A stretch of 64,000 nt of DNA from Spizellomyces punctatus DAOM BR117 (taxonomy: Eukaryota), in assembly GCA_000182565.2 (NCBI GenBank), contig KQ257476.1; one strand, written 5' to 3'. Position numbers and translations under genes: made by a program. Positions within the stretch are counted from its first letter, which is position 1, and each line of letters starts with the position of its first letter. Below are positions 1 to 12,074 of the stretch, piece after piece. The notes under the pieces were generated by a model. The model was not told the DNA's origin, did not search any database, and saw only the letters and a list, made by a program, of their open reading frames with translations.

Positions 1-7
1 CCCACCT

Positions 8-150
8 ACCGGACAGGCAGGAAACTTGGGAAAAGCAACATCATTCTGGGAATCCTGATAGCTCTCCAATCACTCGGGGCGGGACCTCATGGCATATGCA
101 CAGACTGAATCTGGCAAGACAGCAGCGTATCTGCTCTCAATCATAAGCAG
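8..150 (+). pseudogene. DED1/DDX3/Vasa-type DEAD-box helicase fragments, permuted (C-terminal motif VI region joined to N-terminal motif I)
   Basis: 8-49 reads [14 protein letters not shown], then after a frameshift NPDSSPITR. 77-150 reads GRDLMAYAQTESGKTAAYLLSIISR (cf. GRDLMACAQTGSGKTAAFLxPII). The first part matches 13441-13500 at nucleotide level. Confidence 0.8.
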
Positions 151-788
151 ATCGAGGCCTGTAGTTTGATAGATACATATTAGTTTGCACTAGGTGTTGA
201 TATGTGTATACGTGTATAGTAACGTTGGTTTGAGATTGAATAATGAACTTATCGTTAATCGTGTCCCTATCGACTTGAGTGGTAGCAATATTTTGACAAA
301 TTTTTATTTTACAACTCGTATTGACGTATTCATTGACATGGGTGGCATATGAAATAGTAGCTAAAGTTATGTATATTGAAATCGCCTATATCCGATGAAT
401 TGGAGGTGGGTGACTTTGGATGTAATTACGGTGCTGTAGGTTCTGGTGGAGGTGAGTTCATCCTGCATTCCGGTCTTGCATTTGTTGTTGTAGGATACAG
501 ATACAGTGCTTGTCTCCCCAACGACACTTAATCCCAACATAGTCATTTTCAGTTCCTTCGGCGGAGTTTGGGTTTATTGTAAAACCCGTTACATACGTAC
601 AGGAAAAGTACAAAGGCAGTTGGGGGCTTAACACAGTGCTTAGCTACGCGTTCAACACACGAGATGCCATCTAGCTTACACTCGCTGCTGGATATTTTGA
701 AAATCAAAGAGACATTCAGTTGTGTGGCGCCACGATGGAGTACACATTACTCTGTGTAAGGGTACTCAAGTCAAAGATATATGCCTCT

Positions 789-1760
789 CTATGTATCAAA
801 CGATACCACATGTAGCGTTTCTGTAGCTTCATCCACCACGATCAAGTTTGATGCCGAACAATGACAAAAGGGCGGCCATTCTTTTATACTACAATGTCCA
901 CAGTCTCTAATTCGCCAATACGATTGGGTATTATAAAGTTCGCTCTGCGTCAAAATCATTTCCATACTCGACCTCTTGTCAACCCACGAATACCGATTGT
1001 TATTGAGCGTTTTCCCGAACGCACGTTCATGGTCTTGTCGCCGCGCCGAGACGAGCAACATTGCGAATGGCATCTTAATCACATTTCGGTGGATGAAGGA
1101 TAAAAATCGGCGGAAGAGACCAGAGCAACCGCACAACCCGGCGTGTAACGGATCAACATGCAACTGAGCGACGCACAGAATGAACGCAAGACCAAGCAGT
1201 TCCAGACTCTAACGAGACGGCGCCATTGCCCTGAAACGGCCCAATTTCTCACCTCACCGGCGTCCCTTAGCAAACTAAAAAAACGACTCTCAAAACCACG
1301 ATTCTGCTAATCAATCTGAAATGTGCAGTTTGGACCACGACTGGATGCAAGTGCGACAATGTGGGGAGCGGAGTACCCGTAGCCAAACAGGATCTGGACG
1401 GGATCCTCTAAAAGAAACACAGCCCAACCGGTAGCGGATGCTACAATCCGACATCGGACCACCCGACGGCGCCGCCGCGCCAAGCGGTGCGCCGCATCCA
1501 ACGCCTGTCCACTGCAAACTATACTCTTTCTCGAANNNNNNNNNNNNNNNNNNNNNNNNNNNNNNNNNNNNNNNNNNNNNNNNNNNNNNNNNNNNNNNNN
1601 NNNNNNNNNNNNNNNNNNNNNNNNNNNNNNNNNNNNNNNNNNNNNNNNNNNNNNNNNNNNNNNNNNNNNNNNNNNNNNNNNNNNNNNNNNNNNNNNNNNN
1701 CGTCGCTTTTGTAAATTTTCGACCTTGACGCTTTCCATTCCAAACCCGAAAAATAGCAAT
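789..1760 (-). CDS. Possible hypothetical protein, interrupted by an assembly gap
   Basis: ORF 789..1163 ends in a protein-like tail (NLIVVDEATETLHVVSFDT*), and upstream ORFs run into the N gap. No recognisable motif. Confidence 0.25.
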
Positions 1761-2218
1761 GCCGCTTCACCATGACGCGCTGCCAGTTACATTCCGCCCG
1801 ACCATTGCGGGGGGGGGCGCCGCCCACCCTACGCCGGTCCAAGTTTACGTATCGATCATTTGGTCAAGGTCGTTTGCATCTACGGGTGGGGTTTATAAGC
1901 TACCTGTTGTCCATTTAATTTATTTTAGGAATAAATGATAAATAATACAGTGTTCCGAACACCATTTAAAGAATAATAGAACGTATTTCTTATCTTTCAA
2001 AACTCGAAATTTGAATAAGATAAAGTATGATAAAAATATAGTAAAGTGAAAGGAGTGAGCCGCGCCAAGCAGTGCACCCAACGCCACTTGACCTGCTATT
2101 AGTTTTAACAATGCAAATCCATCACAAAACGTTGAAGTTGTAAAAGCCGTTTGCGTGTACTGCGCCCACCGTTTTTGAACAGATAAAATGTAAGCGCTCG
2201 ATGTGGACATTCGGGTAA

Positions 2219-2263
2219 ACAGCGTTGTTTACAGATACAGAAGCGTTGTTTACAGATACAGAA
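2219..2263. repeat. 21-bp tandem duplication
   Basis: agcgttgtttacagatacaga occurs twice. Confidence 0.85.
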
Positions 2264-2587
2264 TTTTATGTAAGTTCTTAGTTTGAGTGCCGAAGTCCCT
2301 AGGAAGAAAGGAACATTTGTTCGAACGGTGCAAGTAGGGGAACACAGATGCCAGTAAAGATCCCAAGTTGCCAAAGAATACACGCTATAATATTCAGTAG
2401 CTACACCAGCTCCAGCGCTCGCTGTCCTCGATGTAGCATTTTCCTGTCCTTTACCACTACCACTGGTACCTCTCGCCCTACCAAAAGTAATTTCCCTTTC
2501 TATCGTCTTCTTCTAGATAGGGTAATATCTGCGCCAAGGAGATGGAGTGTTTCCGACATAATATTTCTCTCTCTCTGAAGAAGTACC

Positions 2588-2671
2588 GCTTCTGTGGCGC
2601 AATTGGTTAGCGCGTTCGGCTGTTATCTGATAGCTACCGAGAGGTTGCCAGTTCGACCCTGGCCAGGAGCG
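2588..2671 (+). tRNA. tRNA-Asn(GTT) with a 10-nt intron
   Basis: Acceptor GCTTCTG/CAGGAGC, D-arm GCGC..GCGC, anticodon stem TTCGG/CCGAG around CT-GTT-A, intron TCTGATAGCT, T-arm GCCAG-TTCGACC-CTGGC. A poly-T follows at about 2691. Confidence 0.95.
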
Positions 2672-3132
2672 CTGCACGTGCCCGGTCCTCTTTTTTCATT
2701 CTTTTCTTGCGAATGAAGCCCCTCGAGGGGGTCCGTCAGTTTGGCTGATAATTGCTGCCTTGCGAATATAAGGAAGGGGGCATAGAATTAGTTTGCTAAA
2801 AAATTGTGAATGCTGCACCAAACGGAATAGTAAAATGGACCTAGATACGATTAGTACATTCAGAGTTGACACAGAATCGTGGGAACCCAGTCTCGTCACT
2901 GGTGAAGTAGTTAAAGGAATCAATGGAGGATATACCATTTGCAAGTATTCTCAACTTTACATGCGATAAGCTCTTGTAGCGGTGCACTAGTTTTCTTCGA
3001 TGAGTAGAAATTCGTTCTTTGCCATACAGCACAAGCTACGAAAAACTTGCCATAATGGCCCTTTTCGTGCAGAAAATACAATTTTATAAAACATTAACAC
3101 GTATACACCCAACGTATGTACCAAGTTCCATT

Positions 3133-3189
3133 AAAAAAAAAAAAAACACACACACACACACTCACACACACACACTCACACACACACAG
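3133..3189. repeat. poly-A run followed by (CA)n microsatellite
   Basis: A14 followed by CACACA... with CT interruptions. Confidence 0.95.
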
Positions 3190-3248
3190 ATAGAAAGAGC
3201 AAAAAAGTTACACACAAAAAAATCCCTACAAAAAAGCATACGATGATA

Positions 3249-5941
3249 TCAAATCTTGTCTGGTACCGGCGGTCGATCACCATCCCCACCCGCTCTTGAT
3301 CCCCCTACTTCGCCCTCATCCCCTGAATCATCCCCTTTATTCACAACAGTCAATGGCGTAACAACTACCTCTACCCGTTCATCCTCTGGCGTAAGATCAT
3401 CTCGATATGGCTCATCCTCACCATCAAAAGGGGGAGTCGAAGGTCGAGGGGGAGGAGGAGGAGGAGGAGGACTCGCAAAAACATGATTCATACTCGACCG
3501 GCGATCCATTGGAACGGGTGGAGAAAGCGGGAGAGGAATCGCAGATGTACTGACCGGTCGTTCCCTCGTACCCGCTAATCCACCTACATCCCCATGTACA
3601 TCTAATTTCGGATCCACTTTCCGTTCCGGGAGTGAATNNNNNNNNNNNNNNNNNNNNNNNNNNNNNNNNNNNNNNNNNNNNNNNNNNNNNNNNNNNNNNN
3701 NNNNNNNNNNNNNNNNNNNNNNNNNNNNNNNNNNNNNNNNNNNNNNNNNNNNNNNNNNNNNNNNNNNNNNNNNNNNNNNNNNNNNNNNNNNNNNNNNNNN
3801 NNNNNNNNNNNNNNNNNNNNNNNNNNNNNNNNNNNNNNNNNNNNNNNNNNNNNNNNNNNNNNNNNNNNNNNNNNNNNNNNNNNNNNNNNNNNNNNNNNNN
3901 NNNNNNNNNNNNNNNNNNNNNNNNNNNNNNNNNNNNNNNNNNNTGGGTTAACGACAGTAATAAGGAAACACGTACTTTGCAAGATGCTCCGCTAAGAACT
4001 TTAGAACCGTATGATGGCTCCTAGGTAACGCCTTGACTCTCGCGCGCAACCTCAACACCCGCTCCTTTTCATCCGCAATTTCTATCCCATAAACAGATAA
4101 TCAACAAACGCATCGCACCAAACAAGATCAAAATCAACTTTCCAACATACGAGAATACTCTGTCCGCTCTTTAGCAGGAAACGGAAAAACAGGAACAGGT
4201 AATTGTCGCAAGTACATTTTAACCAACCCTGCAATCACATGTACATCCCAACTCTCATCTTCCAAATTGACGGAATGCACGTCTTTTTCGACTCGGAGTT
4301 TGAGCTCGAGGACGTCCGAGTGTTTGCCTGATACGCGGTAAATGCCCTCCTTGTCCAGTCCTATCCAAAGCATATATCTCATCAATATGGCATATTGGGA
4401 GGCGAAAAAGGAGATATGTTACCTCTTGCCTCAACGGCTCGAACGCACTTGTACAGAACAGCTGGAATCCCACTCCCGGGATGAGCTCTCAAAAGTGTCT
4501 CAAGCGGAACTCCAAACACCATATCTAATCACCACCATCACCATCAATTTGCTACGCACACACAAACACCGAGAAACAGACAAACGCTACGCACGTACCT
4601 TTGGCAATCCCATGCGTGTAACTCTCATAATACATTGGCGTAGCATCCGGCCAAATCCTCATAAAATCGGCCACAAAAAAGTGACAATCGACTTGGGGCG
4701 ACATGCATTCCACGAAAATGCTGCATCGATCCACAGCTTCTCCACCGACTTTCATGAGTTTGCCTTCTGCTTCCGTATAGGTTCCTAGAGCGTTCTTGAG
4801 CGCCAATACCCTGTCCCATTCGACGCGTTCGCATGTCTATTGATTTCTGTGAGTATAGGGATAGAGTGTTGTGCGATCAGGGGGAAAGCGTACCTTTTGG
4901 GTTTGCTCTCGTACTAATTGGAAACGTTGTCGAATTTCTTCCAAATCCTGGATTCCACGACGGTATCCTTGTTCTAAACACGAAATGTCAGTACATATTG
5001 AGTGGGCACTGTTTCGTTGGTCACCGCTTCTCACCTGCACTCGTAATGTCCTTGGCCAGTTTCAACGTCTACACACATGTTTTCAGCATATTCAACTTCT
5101 ATCCCTTACAAACGAGAAGGATATATCCCACCTTCGGATTCCCCACACCTTCCTTATTTTCTTTTTCGAGTGCTTCCATATCTTTATGCCTCTTAAAATA
5201 ACTATGCTTCAACTAAGTGAAGACAAAAAGCTTAGCAGCCGGGACAGAAAGAAAAACAAATCGGCATCACGTACTTTTGGANNNNNNNNNNNNNNNNNNN
5301 NNNNNNNNNNNNNNNNNNNNNNNNNNNNNNNNNNNNNNNNNNNNNNNNNNNNNNNNNNNNNNNNNNNNNNNNNNNNNNNNNNNNNNNNNNNNNNNNNNNN
5401 NNNNNNNNNNNNNNNNNNNNNNNNNNNNNNNNNNNNNNNNNNNNNNNNNNNNGAGTTGCTGGTGATGAGATGACAGTGCATTTGTCAATTGCGCAATGCT
5501 TGCCCACGCCTTTATTGCCGTTCGATCACTATTTGAACTAAACACACAATACACATCAGTCGATCGATTTTACCCACACTCCCATCCAATGGCTACTGAC
5601 GCGCGCAAGACCTACTTATTTGGATCAGCCGTAATCTTCTTTGCTAATCGATCCAACGATTCAAAGTAGATTCGTTCTATCGCCATACTAGGGGTTCCAT
5701 TCAACGTTAGCCAAACTCAACGCAACGGTTGCAAACGGCGTTTGGCCCATACCGTTCCGTAAAGTAGGTAATAACTTGCTCCATCCCCATTTCCCCCTGT
5801 GCCGTAAAATTCCGAAATGCAGCATACGTTTCGTCGCTCTATGAACGTCGGTTTAGCACTACGCACTGAAGTGGACAACTGACGTGTTCTTACACCGCCG
5901 AATTCGTTGGTGCCTTGCACCGGATTCCTCGGCATCGTCAT
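3249..5941 (-). CDS. F-BAR (FCH) + RhoGAP protein (Rgd1-like), multi-exon, spans two N gaps
   Basis: Spliced N-terminus MTMPRNPVQGTNEFGG|SDETYAAFRNFTAQGEMGMEQVITYFTER|MAIERIYFESLDRLAKK...AWASIAQLTNALSSHHQQL (FCH-like). RhoGAP GLDKEGIYRVSG...DVHVIAGLVKMYLRQLPVPVFP at 4140-4360. The Pro-rich ORF 3249..3617 is the probable C-terminus. Confidence 0.85.
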
Positions 5942-6009
5942 GTTGCGTTACGTTCTGTATAATATCGATCAGTCAATTCGTCTTGTTGTTATGTAGTTAG
6001 TTGAGATGG

Positions 6010-6980
6010 TTATCCACCAACAGCCGATAACCATTCCTCTCGGACAACATATCAGCATCTACACGTATCCGATCCCTTCCTCGCAAATCAGACTTGGTCT
6101 CATCAATCCTCCGCTTTACTCTATTCTACTCCATTACCCACTCTACCTAAGTAGACACAAAAAGCAGGAAGCCCTACCTTGACCAAGCCAAATATCGGAG
6201 ATATCCTTATACACACACACTGTGCTTGTTGTTGCCTTGGTTTTCGCAGTATCTCTATTAAAGCACTAGACTGTGGTGCTCAACACCAAACTACACAATA
6301 CAATGTCGCAATCTTTTGATAATGATACAAAAGCAAAAAGCAACTGTGCTGTACTCTTTGCGTTCAGACCTTGCAACACTGGGTTGTGCTGGGGTGTTGC
6401 TTCAGCCCCATTGGTTGGAATGGACTGTGCCGTTGGGTGGAATGTAGATGCAAGCCGAACAAACCGTGTTAATGAAAAGTCCAATTCCAGGTCTAATACA
6501 TCCCGTATTGTCGGTGATGGTAGTGTAGAGGTGACAGAAAATGGCACTAGCTACTACACCAGGGAATAAACCGGCGACAACCGGTTCGGAAAAGCTATCT
6601 AACTACTACTAGGCAATTATACACGCAATACGTAACGGTTGGTTCTAACCGGATAATTGCCCACAACCACATGCGGTCCCTACTAGGCCTTGATCCAGAA
6701 CTCTTGATGGCATTGAAGCCAGAGTCTTCGCAATATTGGGGAGACTCGCAAGCTGGAGGATCTTCAGTGACAAGGCTTGGAGACTAAAGCTGCATGTCAG
6801 CGACAGAATGACAGAATGAAAAGAGATGATGCCATTGGTACATACCAACCAAGCTCAACTAATGTGGCAGCATAATAGTAGGTTTTGTTATCAGATCTGA
6901 TTGGTTGCAGCTGGTTCTGATCACGGTTGCTGTCGGGCGGACGAGGTCCTCGACACCACCACATCTGTATTCTCATGATT
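6010..6980 (-). other. Possible small spliced gene or pseudogene of unknown function
   Basis: GT...AG intron-like segments (e.g. GTATGT at ~6844 to TTTAG at ~6784) separate protein-like pieces. No consistent full frame or motif was found. Confidence 0.2.
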
Positions 6981-7608
6981 AGACTGACAGTCGCGATGAG
7001 AAGAGTTGCACAGATGCTTTGAGAGTCGAGGAACTGGTGAGGAAGGGGAGAGAGAGCAAAGGCCCCCCTTTTATAGACCTTCGGCATGCGCCTCACCGCA
7101 GTTTAAAAAAAAGTTACATTAGCATGCCACACCACTTTGAGCGATAGAGGGGGTTCTGATTATGCGATATGGTTAACCGGATTAATCCGGAAAATAATGG
7201 GTCCTAGTGCCATTTTCAATCACCTCCACACTATGTTTTCTTATCATAGATTATAAGTTGCATAACGAAGGATGACGCTTGTTTTTAATACTAAAAAAAG
7301 AGGAATTGGGTATCCCTTATTCTGTCAGAGCACTGTGTCATTTCAGAATATGATGCTATTCTGTTCATTTAAATCCTGTAGTGCAAGTCATAAGGGATTG
7401 GAAAATGCGAACAGAAGGTGAACTCTTCTACTTGTCACCTACTCTGGCCATCCATAATGCCCACCATAGAAAATAACTGAATGCACCCGCAGACAATAAC
7501 ACCGTGGAAATTTCAGAATGGAAAATACAATTTGAAGGAGCAAGGTTGTTCACAGCATCAAAAAAAAGGTCTATTATTCTCCAAACTTCGCAGAAATCCA
7601 CTCCTATC

Positions 7609-10070
7609 TCACAACCGTCTCGTCACACTTCCCCGCACACTTCCCACGCCCGTTTCGACAAGACTCGTCCTTGATGATCTCAGTCCATGATCGGCAAGAT
7701 TCGTACGTGAACTACGTAACGACCGTGGCTCATTATCCGACGCAAGATTCGTACGAGACGATCGAAGACTGGGTGGTTGGGAGGGTGCAAAGTCTGTGAA
7801 AAACTGTACATTCATTCGTTAAGTATGTCGCTTCAAAACGCCGCGCATGGATGGAAGTGAGCGGTCGTACCTCAATTTTAGGTTTTGTTCGTAATTTTTC
7901 CTTTGTTTCTTGAGTTGGAGGTGTGTATCCTTGCGGGTAGCCTGAAACGAAAATAATCATCAATATGTCGGTAGGTCAGTGAGCAAGCATATGCTTGTGT
8001 GGGTCAGCACATACCTGTTTGCTCAAGGGACTCTAAGGAGGTTGACTTCGCTTTTTGTGTCCCTGTGTAGTTTCTGTTTTCGGTACGCTGTGCTTAGTGG
8101 TTTTGTGTGTTGCGGATATAGGAAAGACCAAGTTGATGACGGAAAAAAAACCTACCGTGGATCTGTGAGCCGCTTAACGACTTGTTCCGCTTTCTATCAT
8201 TTCCAAATCTGCGTCAACAGACAAGTCGCACACATTGGCACATCGACACCACACACCTTTGAGAGCCCTGCACCACTCCCGTTTCCACTCAGTCCTGGTG
8301 CTCCAACCTCCGATGCGCGTCCTACTTCGGATACACGTTCTTGGTGTAATCTTGTGGCCTCATATTTCGACTTGTATGCTGAGGGAAAGTTTGTCGGGTC
8401 TGCTAGGCGGTTGGTGATGTCGTTTATGGATGTTGACTTTTTGTAATAGTTTGCGATAAGACAGATGTCTGTTTAATAGATTCATGCGATAGAGACATGA
8501 AGCCGAAACTTACATGAGTACGCGAGAGGGGAGGGCGGGATTCCAAGAGAGATGGTTGGGAGATCTGTGCCATTCGTTATGGAATGGGATCAATTGTGGG
8601 AGCGCAACTCTAGAACATTTTAACAGACGCAAAACCCACCGACTCCTCAAAACTTCCTCTCAATCTCCTCCTACGCTCTTCTCCAGCCCGAATCGCCTCC
8701 TCAGCGGCAACAAGAACACCGCGTCCTTCACCAGCCTCCATGTCGTGTGCAGACTCTCGCCTGGACAGAATCGGCTGCTGTGACTGGGGTTTTACGAATC
8801 TCGAATCAATCTCTGGTAAGGACGATTTGGACTTTACTTTCGCAAGCGACGGTTGCGATGCGTAGTGGTGCAGAGTAGGTGATGACAGTCCTAGCCGCGA
8901 GGCGGGGCGACTCAATTTCGTTGTGCTGCCGGATCGTTCCAAAGCGTCCGGGTCATACAAATGCCCCGAACTCCCCGTCAGCGCCGTTAATTTCACCTTG
9001 ACCAGATTGTCTGTGCTCTGAAAGAGATTGTCCTCAGCTTTCGCTAGACTCTTTTCCAACGATTTCTCGACATTGTTTAGGATTGTCGCCAAGTCGGGCG
9101 ACCCGGAGCGGGTAGGTGGTGAATCTGCCGCCAATTTGGCTGTGGAACGGGAGAGTGATTGGGAGCCATGTAGAGATTTGGAGCTGCGCGATGCAGAGAG
9201 ATTCGACAGGGAACCAAAGGGAGATTTACTCCCCATTGTCCGCGACAAATTGGATTGAGACCCGCGGAGCGGAACAAATGTCCTTTCTTTTTCCGTTTCC
9301 CTTCTGGAGAGATTCGATGTGGATGGTCGCGACGACAAGCTCTGTACGCTCTTTGACTTTTTCATCCGTCCACTCTCAGGTCCTTCGTCCTCTACCCGAT
9401 CGTTCAAAGCCATATAACCCGGGGTAGGTACGTCGACATCCCGAACTTCATCGAAGAACTTATCATGGAAAGTACGTTGGAGCGAAGCAAAGGCATCATG
9501 CGCTTCTTGGTTGAAAATTTGGGAGCGGTTTGTAAGTGGGTTCATTGTCTAGTGATGACAGTGAAGTGTTGAACTCCCGTCGGGTTCATAACCTGCATTT
9601 CTTGAGGGTGAGAACCCTTGATTCTATTTCCAGTGCACGTAATTTCCCCGCGCACGAATCAACCCAAAATTCCTGTTAACCTTGTCCTGCACCGAATAAA
9701 TCGTCTTAAAAATTGGATGTACGGTAATGGTACACTTATCCAGTGCAGCCCGAGTTACCCCACCGCGGAAAGCAGGCAAACACTCAATCAATTCAATTAG
9801 GTCAATCTCTGCACTTACACAGAACCACACCAGGGATATTTGTCATGCAGGGCAATTGCACTACAAAGTTTGAAGATAATCCTTGCATTTCATTCGGAAG
9901 GACCACTCTATCTGGTCCATTTCCAGACGTAGTCAACAGACAGCTGCTAATATCCTACATACATTGGAAATATAACGGCGGGATTTCCATTCTCTTCTTC
10001 TCTTGACTCCAAACCAATTCTTGAAAGCCGGTCGATGAGAAGCCAAAACAAGGTAGCTTGCTTTGCCATG
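7609..10070 (-). CDS. Multi-exon Ser/Pro/Lys-rich protein; N-terminus weakly resembles augmin subunit HAUS6
   Basis: Exons include MAKQATLFWLLIDRL, WSFRMKCKDYLQTL, EIDLIELIECLPAFRGG, the 311-aa low-complexity ORF 8610..9545 and C-terminal RSLRSSRTNLA repeats. The HAUS6 resemblance (FRxxCxxxLxxL) is by eye only. Confidence 0.55.
7655..7775 (-). repeat. Coding tandem repeat (LRSSRTN/SL x3)
   Basis: ORF 7609..7815: SLRSSRTNLA..RSLRSSRTNLA..GLRSSRTSLV. Confidence 0.8.
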
Positions 10071-10311
10071 TTATTGGGACGAAGAAGGAACAATGCAGAC
10101 GCAGCAGCACTACCGCTAATTAACTGGAGGCGACTTGAAGGAGGTCTCCGAATAAAACTGATGAAAAATCGACAGGATGAGTTGGAAAAGATTCCTCTCA
10201 AATAGAATTTAATCCCTGCATGCTAGACAGATAGAGACAGATGTCCGGCATGCACCAATTACCATTCGATGGTCGAAAACCGGAAAAAAAATGTCGGGTA
10301 CCGTACCCAGA

Positions 10312-10383
10312 GGGCTCAGCCGGGAATCGAACCCGGGACCACCCGCACCCTAAGCGGGTATTATACCACTAAACCACTGAGCC
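10312..10383 (-). tRNA. tRNA-Pro(AGG)
   Basis: Reverse complement GGCTCAGTGGTTTAGTGGTATAATACCCGC-TT-AGG-GT-GCGGGTGGTCCCGGGTTCGATTCCCGGCTGAGCCC folds as a cloverleaf, with a downstream T-run. Confidence 0.95.
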
Positions 10384-10589
10384 GTTTCTATTCACCCCGG
10401 TCGAGTTTCAATTATTTAATTATGTCAATTAACCCGCCGGCGCCTCGCGCATGAGGTTGTGATAACTTACTCCTAAACTGGGACATCCAGCGGACGTGAA
10501 TAGTTGCGGGAAATTTTACTCGTGTTTGTTAGCGAAGGAAGAGAAAATATATACACCCAGCCGCGGGGGAAGTTCCCTCGGGCGATCAG

Positions 10590-10841
10590 AACCAGAGCAA
10601 TGAAATTGGTTCGACCGAAAGCGATGCGATGAGTATTTTTAAAGCCATGACCACAACTATGTAGAATCTCATCCGAGACTTGGACATCAGACAAGCGACA
10701 TCAAGCGGATAGTCAAGAGAGTAGCGACACCGTCGCATTGCACAATGCCGACTTCTCACCCTGAAACCAGAGCAATGAAATTGGTTCGACGGTAAGCGAT
10801 GCGATGAGTATCTGTAAAGCGAATGAGCGCAACTATGTAGA
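10590..10841. repeat. ~75-bp direct repeat, two copies (10590-10665, 10765-10841)
   Basis: aaccagagcaatgaaattggttcgac..aagcgatgcgatgagtat..taaagc..caactatgtaga occurs twice. Confidence 0.85.
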
Positions 10842-11269
10842 TAGGGTTAACAATGTTGTGCATCGGGCCAACATTCACCAACATGGCGTTCGAAACGAAG
10901 GGAGCTCATTCACCTCTTGCAAGCTGATAAACAGGAAGCAATTCGTAACCAACCCCTTCACCACCTTGTGTTGATCTTCGTTGCCACAATAAGAGAAGCT
11001 GCAACCCTTTGAAGTTGCAGTGCAGAAGATGGATCTTTCTTTGCCCAAGTGGCATCGATGAACACACTCTCGTCAACGGGCGGGGAGCATCTGGCGCCGA
11101 GCACTTGCATCAGGACTTGTCTTGCGACCAGATAACCGGCCTTGTTGCCGATAAGCTTCATGATGCTGAGAATCTGTCGTGGATCTATTCCGCCAGCAGG
11201 ATGAAAAGGTCAAACCGTGATGGTGAAGAGTCCAACGACGTGGGCAGCGGGTCCTCTGGGTCTTTTATT

Positions 11270-11480
11270 ACTAGGATTATCGCCAGCCCCACTGACGGGA
11301 CGCTGCACCACTTTGCCCGGAAGATTGGGGTGGTCCACCCCCGGCCCAACTGGGCTTGGGTCGCCAAGCCCGGTGACCTCACGGACATTTTACTCGATGA
11401 GGCGGATGGCCCAGGAGAGGGCTTTCGGGCCGGTACGATTCATGGCATGTCATGCACGTCTGTCATGCACGTCATCCTGC
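11270..11480 (+). pseudogene. Collapsed DEAD-box helicase remnant
   Basis: Reads IIASPT...VAKPGDLTDILLDEAD-GPGEGFRAGTIHG...MHVI: motif Ia/Ib/II and domain-2 pieces abutted together. It shares sequence with 13220-13385. Confidence 0.7.
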
Positions 11481-11609
11481 ACACCTGAACGATGAATGCA
11501 AACACCACCCGATCTGAGAATTGAGTTGTTCGAACATCAAAAAGGTAGGTATTGGCTAATTCACGACGACAATGACTTGTCTTCTGAACTGGCACGTTTC
11601 CATTGAAGG

Positions 11610-12070
11610 GATATCAGTCAACTCGTCGCCTCTCGGCGAGCATGGGTGATCAGTCCGGTCGTTTTCGTGGCATCTTTTCATCATTTGTGACGACAGTTTT
11701 CATGCTCACGATCACATCTTCTGGCTCTTCAAAGTTCATTATCTCTCTGGTCGTGCACATGGTTGCAGTCTGTCGTGCTGAAAGGCAACCCCGAATGGAA
11801 CAAAAACATGTCCTTGCAAGTGCTTGGCAAAGTAAAGGGTTGGAGTGATCATGGTGGAATTCAAAAATTTCATAATTCGGAATATGGGTTCTCGATGGCG
11901 AATGTTGCCCCAATGTATTAATCACAGGTCTCTTCAGAGTGGGCGGCATTCGCTAGTTTGGTCATATTCTGATAGTGCATCCATGGTACAGCCTGACGAC
12001 ACTATGAAGCCGTACTCAACCTTCCTCCACTTATACTCGTAAGAAAATACACAGCTCAACACTTATAATA
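11610..12070 (-). mobile_element. Repeat module C, internally deleted copy (inverted relative to 28660-29756)
   Basis: Reverse complement aligns with 29490-29756 and 28660-28820. Homology ends sharply at GATATC (11610 / 29756). Confidence 0.85.
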
Positions 12071-12074
12071 TCTC

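Noticed and set aside
1535-5451. ORFs full of X
   Set aside because: Artefacts of three N gaps (1536-1700, 3638-3943, 5282-5451).
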